Of a stretch of 64,000 bases of DNA, positions 59,501 through 64,000 are shown one piece after another. The notes under the pieces were generated by a model that was not told the DNA's origin, ran no database searches, and saw nothing but the letters and a program-made list of their open reading frames with translations. Source of the DNA: Gammaproteobacteria bacterium. GTDB lineage: Bacteria; Pseudomonadota; Gammaproteobacteria; CAKMZV01. Within the stretch, counting starts at the first letter, position 1. Each line of letters begins with the position of its first letter. The DNA is taken from NCBI GenBank assembly GCA_965277775.1, contig OZ255843.1:583451-647450 (forward strand). Reading direction: 5' to 3'. Made by a program: the position numbers and the translations under genes.

Positions 59501-59695
59501 GATTCAGGTGCAACCTATGTGTATGAATTCAGCAATGGCACCTGGACTCATCAAGCCAGAATCAAAAGTAGTGACGGCTTCTTCGCTGTAAGAGCTGAAT
59601 TTGGTTTCTCTGTAAGTTTAAGCGGAGACGGTGGCACACTTGCGGTAGGTGCAAGTCGTTTGACTTCTAATACTGGCGGGGTTTACTTGTATTAA
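53504..59695 (+). CDS. Giant surface lipoprotein/adhesin. It has about 14 cadherin/Ig-like (VxxVNDxPT-type) repeat domains, a cysteine-less C-type lectin-like domain, an FN3-like module and a C-terminal 7-blade FG-GAP (integrin-alpha-like) beta-propeller.
   Basis: 2063 aa. Lipobox LSAC followed by a Gly run and a PT-rich linker. Repeated ~95-aa modules start VNAVNDPPT / VTPVNDPPTLT / VIAVNDTPTLT. CTLD-like WxEA...GGQLINFNSDEEYRFI...WWGL. Seven FG..S.SLSGDGNTLAVGA...GAVYVF blades. A likelier signal-peptide start is MCSTLV at about 53635. Confidence 0.7.
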   Translation: MYQLLLRCFTQSFVSFSFQWSTTNRIINTFKRVLSSINKRVLSSMCSTLVLFAMLSAMLSACGGGGGGGEPTPTPTPTPTLTPTLSVLFPSLRVDEDFPVTLVVATATNATNLTVDQSTTGVITVAPTTNSVTVSSFANGNGQTTLTIVATNSSGSTTAQVVVTVNAVNDPPTIAVSSNSISTVGGFSPITINTTASDIEDAHLSFTVMDANTRVVRITTSAATIVLNTIPGASGQTTLTVIVVDSSGATVTQFITVSVTITVSATPVVTVSTNLISVQEDFRALVIIQTTATDADGDAITLSVSSSSRLVDVVISTPNNSTNTITNSITLSAVANANGTATLTVLATDAGGQSTNTEIIVVVSSVQDTPTLTIPSTTLTVAEDFASALTIATANDSDGDTLLISVVETTTGVVMVTTSASGVFVSSILNANGQTTLTITVNDGTQDTTAQVVVDVTPVNDPPTLTIPSATLTVLEDFVGAMTIATATNVDSNTLTFTVTESNSTVVNVTTTAIGVSISNILNANGQTTLTIAVNNGNLSSTDQVIVTVIAVNDTPTLTVSTNDISTNADFSTITINTTASDVDEGTLTFAVTVSTTGVVRVSTSSNAIILNAIPDTTGTTTLTVHTIDNSRLMATQTIVINVSPIPNLFPVLMISTTRINVQENFMKPVIIRTTATDAEDGTITLSVSSSLPLVNIVLSSPDNGESTITNRITLTAVDNLNGKTTLTVLVTDAGKQVTSTEIVVVINSVIDPISFTLSTSVVTLSALGNQLNRNVQSIIISNPGNESLRTQWQVLSSGSPLFSANPAPVVSFTTNILTTTATLTSAASTAQLYFTIRPDRTGTATLTIQLTDLDTSITTQQTIVVHVNSVNVPPVIAPYNSNLYNYVIYGGRIYANSIQSVQSLNPLLTEARALGGQLINFNSDEEYRFILGAAIETQNTWWGLVLPQREFPGELSWITHNSTISYGYASTNGITNLTVYPGQYPLPWATVASGNGLIANRGGSATAVNGTVYSDGAFLFLLGEGGDGSSRIGLFEFPQGLLEASNIQTYVAAGSVATVRLTGFDLNADAIQTSDWSAVATAGTVIFNQVSQSTGIQSVDMMYTPPANFNSQSTVVVTLDVNGQNTTTALLFRLDSFPIIDLSTNAISITEDFTNLVIGTTITDEIDGTLPFTVRSSNLNALIITTSANAIRLSGALNFNGTVTLTVRAADSAQQIAFTTVVISVQEVNDPPTLMVSTDNISLLGGFAPFTIATTATDIEQGALPFTVQASPQSVVSISTRTNAIVLSPIVEAGSGQTTLTVTTIDRFNAIATQTIAINLIVLPSSTPVLTVSTNILSLQEDFTDFVIRTTASDVDSATLVITVSSSTQLVDAMISTQMITLRSVANLFGTTTLTVRATDSGGLFDTTEIVVVVNSVNDRPTLTVSTHTVTLGAPPSSVILSVSARDVEDGILSFSVSTGSSLINSTNTTTTLTITRLNLDAAQAVLTLRATDSMGDSTITTISVVPQPVLFVTTGIKTLDFAWSAVSTATHYRLRSNPDGNSGYVDLSTTGMVVSPNSTNIRQTTAQGLVSLHRYIPRVNNPQFGINTCNASSCSTSFEHNTINLTNAQLNSLIGRLQASNAATGARFGYSVSLNGDGNTLAVSANSEGTGARLSGAVYVFQRNGRDWSQQAFIKPSNSSAFLLFGSSVSLSGDGNTLAVGADQESNSATGVNGAINQGFVLASGAVYVFRRNGTDWTQQAYIKASNTGANDEFGLALSLSADGNTLAVGARFEDSTSNLINSGESNNSATNAGAVYVFRFSSSTWSQQAYIKGLNTRVGNLFGQSVSLSAVGNTLAVGATGEDSASTQVNSGGTDINAADAGAAYVFRFSSSTWSQQAYIKASNTGSGDLFGQSVSLSADGNTLAVGAMNEDSASNQINSGETDSNATDAGAVYVFRFSSSTWSQQAYIKASNTGAGDLFGQSVNLSTNGNVLAVGANREDSIASGIVTTEDNQSLDSGATYVYEFSNGTWTHQARIKSSDGFFAVRAEFGFSVSLSGDGGTLAVGASRLTSNTGGVYLY
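58881..59413 (+). repeat. Three consecutive ~180-nt near-identical DNA repeats encoding beta-propeller blades 3-5.
   Basis: Long identical runs recur three times (GTATGTATTCCGCTTCAGTAGTAGCAC(A/G/C)TGGTCACA(G/A)CAAGCATACATCAAAG, CAATCTGT(G/C)AGTCTAAGTGCAG). Confidence 0.75.
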
Positions 59696-59869
59696 TTGTT
59701 AACTTATAGCCATATATTTTAGATGATATACATCTTCGGACAACAGAGTTTCAAGCCCGCATGGGAAAGAATGTTTGCTGATTATTCAGTGAACACGCGG
59801 CGTCCCAAACACCACTGATTGTTTTAATGAAATCTCAGCGCATTGTGACCAAATGCCAAACCCTATGAA

Positions 59870-61768
59870 TTAGGACAATTTTCCACCATAGTCCACAATA
59901 CCTGGATTGGTCATCACATTTTTAAGCGTCGGGTAATTGATTTTCTCTAATTCAATGGTTTTATGGTTTTGTAAATATTGACTAACCACGTCCCAAATCA
60001 GCGGTCCCTCCCCCACTTCATTGACTTGAGCCCAGCCAGCAACAGTGTATTGCTTGTTCATATCAATGTTTGAGCCATCGTCAAGACTCAGATCAGAAAT
60101 TCGATTGCCATAGCTGTTCGATGGATCAATGCTGTAATCTATTCCCCCCACACGGACCATGTCGCCACCAGATTGTAAATAGGGATCTTGCACGAATAAA
60201 TTTTCTGCAACCCCTTCCAGTATTGATTTGATTTGAGCACCACTTAAGGTGGATCTATAAGATTCACCATAAGTTAGAGCCGTTTGATCAAAAACGTGTT
60301 CCATTAAAATGGTATCGCCTGCTGGAATGGACGTACCCCAACGCACTCCGGGCGAGAAAGCAATTTGAGTATCATGTGCTTCTCGGAGTGCATTAATTGT
60401 GACTTGGTCCCACGTTCCGATAAAATTACCGCGCCTATAAAGCGTTTCACCTGCTATGGCGAGCGGTTGTTGCAAAATTTCAGCATAGGTTTTACCCATA
60501 CGACCTTTATGATAAAAAGCCTCTGAACGGCGGGATTCAATGATGGATTCATCATAAGAGGTTGAACGGATTTTTTGGATGTAGGCTGTCATTTCAGCGT
60601 CTGCTGCAATGAGATTTGAAAACACGGGGAGCAGTTTATAAGTGATTTTTGTCACTCGATTGTGCGCGAAATCTAAATCCATCACCCCGACAAATTTACC
60701 ATTTGAACCCGCATTGGTCACCCAAGTCTGCCCGCCTGAATTTTTAACAGCAATCGCCTTGGGAACCGCATCGTGAGTATGTCCACCCAGAATAGCGTCT
60801 ATGCCGACCACTCTAGACGCCATCTTGAGATCGACGTCCATGCCATTATGAGAAAGCAAAATAATGGAAGCGGGTTTTTCATGAGCGCGGATGTCCTGTA
60901 CCAAGGCTTGCAGGGCTTCTTCGCGTAAGCCAAAGGACCAATCGGGAAAATTGCTCTGAGGATTGGCATTGGCCGTTCGTGGAAAGCATTGCCCGATGAC
61001 AGCCAGACGATGACCGCCGACTTGTTTCATCACAAATGGCTTGAAAGCATGTCCAGTATCCTCATCCTCCAACCCATGTCCATATTTATCCGTCATGTCA
61101 AAATAACGATCATCCAACAGAGCATCTTCTTTTATTCGGACATTTTGACCCAAAAAAACGCCGTTAAAATCAGAAATATTTGATAATACTTCTGGCTCTG
61201 AATATGTAAATTCCCAATGCCCGATTTGGGCTTCAACCCCTAATAAATTTGCCGCACCAACCATATCTTTGCCACGCGTCCAAAGCGCTGTTGCAGACCC
61301 TTGCCACAAATCACCCCCATCTAAAGTCAGGGTATTATGACGCCCGCCAGCCTGCTCACGCAGTTGCTCTAACAAGGTTTTAAGGTGTGCAAATCCACCC
61401 ACCTTGCCATAAATGTCACTCAATTCGGAAAAATTTGAATGCGTAAATGCGTATGTGTTGAAACCACGCGCAATCAGATCGCTGTTATCCATAAAAGACT
61501 GTCCAACCAGATGCGGAAATTGGCCGACGGCACGACCCAACCCTAAATTGACATTGGGCTCTCGGTAGTAAATTGGATTCAGTTGCGCGTGGGTATCAGT
61601 CAAATGCAATATCCGAGCTTGTCCTTGCAGAGGCACCTCATACATCTTCTGATTAAATTCAGGGTCATAGCGCTGGTTTTTACTCGGCAATTGACTGCAT
61701 CCACCCAACAATCCTGAAGCCACGCCCAGCCCCAACATTTGAATGAATTCTCGTCTTGTTAAATACAC
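59870..61768 (-). CDS. soxB: Thiosulfohydrolase SoxB of the sulfur-oxidation (Sox) system. It is a dimanganese metallophosphatase / 5'-nucleotidase-fold enzyme, not the sarcosine oxidase soxB above.
   Basis: Twin-arginine signal (RREFIQMLGLGVAS). HLTDTHAQLNPIYYREPNVNLGLG matches the SoxB N-terminal metal site (HFTDCHAQL...YFREPSVNLG in Paracoccus SoxB). GGHTHD motif. C-terminal 5'-nucleotidase domain. Confidence 0.7.
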   Translation of the reverse strand: MYLTRREFIQMLGLGVASGLLGGCSQLPSKNQRYDPEFNQKMYEVPLQGQARILHLTDTHAQLNPIYYREPNVNLGLGRAVGQFPHLVGQSFMDNSDLIARGFNTYAFTHSNFSELSDIYGKVGGFAHLKTLLEQLREQAGGRHNTLTLDGGDLWQGSATALWTRGKDMVGAANLLGVEAQIGHWEFTYSEPEVLSNISDFNGVFLGQNVRIKEDALLDDRYFDMTDKYGHGLEDEDTGHAFKPFVMKQVGGHRLAVIGQCFPRTANANPQSNFPDWSFGLREEALQALVQDIRAHEKPASIILLSHNGMDVDLKMASRVVGIDAILGGHTHDAVPKAIAVKNSGGQTWVTNAGSNGKFVGVMDLDFAHNRVTKITYKLLPVFSNLIAADAEMTAYIQKIRSTSYDESIIESRRSEAFYHKGRMGKTYAEILQQPLAIAGETLYRRGNFIGTWDQVTINALREAHDTQIAFSPGVRWGTSIPAGDTILMEHVFDQTALTYGESYRSTLSGAQIKSILEGVAENLFVQDPYLQSGGDMVRVGGIDYSIDPSNSYGNRISDLSLDDGSNIDMNKQYTVAGWAQVNEVGEGPLIWDVVSQYLQNHKTIELEKINYPTLKNVMTNPGIVDYGGKLS

Positions 61769-61983
61769 TTAACTCCTTATATTGCGTCCACGTTCTACCA
61801 TTTATAACATAATACTGTACAACTAAAGCGCCGTACCGTTTCATCATGCCATAGGTATTTTAATGGCATTTGTTTTTATCGTGGCAATCAATTCAAACAA
61901 GCGCCATCTTCACACTAAAATAAACAAAAAAACGGTCATCGTGCGATAATTCCACCCTTGATTTAAGCGCATATTATTTCATC

Positions 61984-62358
61984 ATGAACCAACTCTTTTT
62001 AATTGCAACTGGCGGGGCTTTGGGTGCCATGTCCCGATTTCTTGCCGTGTCAAGCCTAACGGTTCTATTAGGAAAAGATTTCCCTTATGGCACGCTGTTT
62101 GTCAACGCCTTTGGCTGCTTTTTTGCTGGCATCATACTCGTCTTGATTCATGAAAAAGGTATACTCAATCCGCATTACCAAGCGCTAATCATCGTCGGTT
62201 TTCTCGGGGCATTTACCACCTTTTCCGCCTTCTCAATTGAAACCATCGATTTGGTGCAGAATGGCAATATTTTCTCTGCACTGACCAATACCCTGTTGAA
62301 TGTTGCCGTTTCCATCTCTGCAGCCTATTTAGGCATGCTGCTCACTCGTCAAATCTAA
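61984..62358 (+). CDS. crcB: Fluoride ion channel CrcB/FluC.
   Basis: 124 aa, 4 TM. GGALGAMSRF and TFSAFS motifs. Confidence 0.85.
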   Translation: MNQLFLIATGGALGAMSRFLAVSSLTVLLGKDFPYGTLFVNAFGCFFAGIILVLIHEKGILNPHYQALIIVGFLGAFTTFSAFSIETIDLVQNGNIFSALTNTLLNVAVSISAAYLGMLLTRQI

Positions 62359-62374
62359 CCTTGTTAACGCCATT

Positions 62375-63652
62375 ATGATTGATTCTAAATTAATACGTAC
62401 CCAAGCAAAATATGTACAACAACAGCTCAAACTTCGAGGTGTGGATTTCCCATATGATCAGTACGAATCCTTAGAAAATAAACGCAAAGACTTGCAACTC
62501 AAAACCGAAACCTTGCAACAACAACGCAACGACAAAGCTCGCGAAATTGGCAAAGCCAAAGCACAAGGTCAGGACGCTGATGAATTGATGAATAAAGCCA
62601 AAGTTTTAAATGATCAGCTGGGTCAATACGCTGAAGATTTAAAACAAAGCAATGAAGCCATTCATCTATTGCTTTCAGAATTGCCCAATCTGGCAGATGA
62701 CTCTGTGCCAGTTGGTGACAACGAAGATCAAAACGTTGAAGTATCGAGAAATGGCATGCCACCATCGTTTGGCTTTGAGCCTGCAGATCATATACACCTT
62801 GCAGAGCAAAAAGGTTGGTTACCTACCCACATTAGCAGTGAAGTCAGCGGTGCCCGTTTTGCCTATATGAGAGGGGATTTAGCCAAATTGCATCGTTGCT
62901 TGGCGCAGTTCATGCTAAATTTGCACACGACGGCGCACGGCTATGAAGAAATCAATACGCCCGTCATTGTGAATGGCAAAGCCCTATACGGCACAGGCCA
63001 ACTGCCCAAGTTTGCTGAGGATGTGTTTAAGATTGATCGCCCTGGATACGACCAAGATTCGTATTTAATTCCAACCTCAGAAGTGACATTAACCAATTTG
63101 GTCAACAATCAGATCATTGACATTGAAGCCTTGCCTTTGCGTTTTACGGCACACAGTTTGTGTTTTCGTTCCGAAGCTGGCTCATCGGGTCGGGACACTC
63201 GAGGCTTAATACGCCAGCATCAATTTGAAAAAGTTGAGTTGGTACAGATTGCCCATCCTCAGCACTCAATGGCCGCCTTAGAAGAAATGCGCAGCCATGC
63301 AGAAACCGTTTTACAACAGTTGGAGATTCCCTACAGAGTCATCGAATTATGTACTGGAGATCTTGGTTTTTGTTCAGCTAAAACCTATGACTTGGAAGTC
63401 TGGGTGCCCACTCAAAATACCTATCGTGAAATTTCATCCATTTCAAATTGCCAGAGTTTTCAAGCCCGACGGATGAAAGCTCGATATAGAAATCCTGAAA
63501 CCCATAAAACCGACTTTGTACACACTTTGAATGGCTCAGGTGTTGCTGTTGGTCGTGCAATGGTCGCTCTATTAGAAAATAATCAAACGGAGAATGGCGA
63601 CATCAAAATTCCGAAAGTTTTGCAAGCGGCAATGGGTACAGAACTCATTTAA
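62375..63652 (+). CDS. serS: Serine--tRNA ligase.
   Basis: 425 aa. N-terminal coiled-coil arm. Class II motifs (FRSEAGSSGRDTRGLIRQHQFEKVE, GSGVAVGR). Confidence 0.9.
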   Translation: MIDSKLIRTQAKYVQQQLKLRGVDFPYDQYESLENKRKDLQLKTETLQQQRNDKAREIGKAKAQGQDADELMNKAKVLNDQLGQYAEDLKQSNEAIHLLLSELPNLADDSVPVGDNEDQNVEVSRNGMPPSFGFEPADHIHLAEQKGWLPTHISSEVSGARFAYMRGDLAKLHRCLAQFMLNLHTTAHGYEEINTPVIVNGKALYGTGQLPKFAEDVFKIDRPGYDQDSYLIPTSEVTLTNLVNNQIIDIEALPLRFTAHSLCFRSEAGSSGRDTRGLIRQHQFEKVELVQIAHPQHSMAALEEMRSHAETVLQQLEIPYRVIELCTGDLGFCSAKTYDLEVWVPTQNTYREISSISNCQSFQARRMKARYRNPETHKTDFVHTLNGSGVAVGRAMVALLENNQTENGDIKIPKVLQAAMGTELI

Positions 63653-63705
63653 ATCAATGTTGGCGTGCTCTACCATCAATATTGCTTTGAACGACCGGGT
63701 TGACT

Positions 63706-64000
63706 GTGGCCAGCGCTGAATTTTATTTGTTACAAGATCCTAACAAGCAAATAGAATTTGTCTCTCTACTTTGCGCCAAAGCTTGGCGCCAGTATAGAAG
63801 CGTTTCAGTCATTGGCGATTTACCCGATTTAGAAAGATTGGATAAAACCTTATGGCAAAATTCTGCTGACAGTTTTTTACCACACGTGCTCGGTAAAGAC
63901 AAAAATGTCATTCAATTACTGCAAGACAGTCAACTTTCCATTGCCCCCATTGTCATTAATTTGACCCATCAAGTGCTACTTAACACCCCTTGTGAAAGAA
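63706..64000 (+). CDS. holC: DNA polymerase III chi subunit, 5' partial. It continues past the window end.
   Basis: GTG start. (M)ASAEFYLLQDPNKQIEFVSLLCAKAWRQYRSVSVIGD...LDKTLWQNSADSFLPHVL parallels E. coli HolC MKNATFYLLDND...LDEALWARPAESFVPHNL. Not in the ORF track, probably because there is no in-window stop. Confidence 0.5.
   Translation, partial: MASAEFYLLQDPNKQIEFVSLLCAKAWRQYRSVSVIGDLPDLERLDKTLWQNSADSFLPHVLGKDKNVIQLLQDSQLSIAPIVINLTHQVLLNTPCER

Noticed and set aside
61861-61983. Looked for a fluoride (crcB-motif) riboswitch upstream of crcB
   Set aside because: The leader contains ...GGTCATCGTGCGATAATTCCACCC..., but I could not match the conserved fluoride-riboswitch cores (GGnGATGG...GTTCnCC...AAACCGCC...CTGATGATnCC). 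No call made. A covariance-model search (Rfam RF01734) would settle it.

Overview
This window looks like a ~64-kb chromosomal segment from a marine-type gammaproteobacterium. The gene order and motifs resemble sulfur-oxidising or methylotrophic marine lineages, but no organism can be assigned from sequence alone. No rRNA, CRISPR array, transposase or integrase was recognised.

Layout by coordinate:
(1) 1-14530: a co-directional supercluster for the complete demethylation of glycine betaine to glycine. It runs membrane dipeptidase-like fragment, hypothetical, dgcA, dgcB, ETF alpha- and beta-like subunits, gbcA, gbcB, then heterotetrameric sarcosine oxidase soxB, soxD, soxA, soxG.
(2) 14531-16022: a visibly AT-rich islet on the minus strand. 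It carries a Lys/Ala-rich histone-H1-like tandem-repeat protein tightly coupled to a TIR-like (PF10137-like) nucleotide-binding protein, bracketed by a recurring ~25-nt motif.
(3) 16023-41258: mostly housekeeping genes. These include a DUF2062/TIGR03545-like membrane protein, rnhA, a yafS-like methyltransferase, lplT-like MFS transporter, fabI, lysS, petABC (reading petC, petB, petA in ascending coordinate on the minus strand), a lone murF, fbp, rnd, DUF1697, an ICL/PEP-mutase family enzyme, a GNAT acetyltransferase, dnaG, a 3-hydroxyisobutyrate-dehydrogenase-family reductase, an AT-rich orphan with PD-(D/E)xK-like motifs, a Pal-like lipoprotein, pcm-like methyltransferase, ubiB, a tehA-like transporter and mpl.
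(4) 41259-47547: a second accessory island wedged directly upstream of mraY-murD. Its core is a tightly packed three-gene cassette: a small protein, an AlbA_2/HATPase_c_4/wHTH protein whose two C-terminal wHTH modules are separated by 11 tandem 21-nt (heptapeptide) repeats, and a Type III Res-like SF2 helicase + PD-(D/E)xK nuclease with no Mod methyltransferase anywhere in the window. I consider this the best candidate for an undescribed defence system here.
(5) 47548-53073: mraY, murD, tRNA-Val(TAC), tRNA-Asp(GTC), a redoxin, waaA and pyrF.
(6) 53504-59695: a 2063-aa surface lipoprotein with about 14 cadherin/Ig-like repeats, a cysteine-less C-type-lectin-like domain and a C-terminal 7-blade FG-GAP (integrin-alpha-like) beta-propeller.
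(7) 59870-64000: the sulfur-oxidation thiosulfohydrolase SoxB (Tat signal), crcB, serS and the 5' part of holC. Note the name collision: this SoxB is unrelated to the sarcosine-oxidase soxB in block (1).

The dcw cell-wall cluster is fragmented here: murF sits alone, mraY-murD alone, and tRNAs follow murD where ftsW would be expected.

Start codons that I re-derived by hand may be off by about 1 nt. All other coordinates follow the supplied ORF track.
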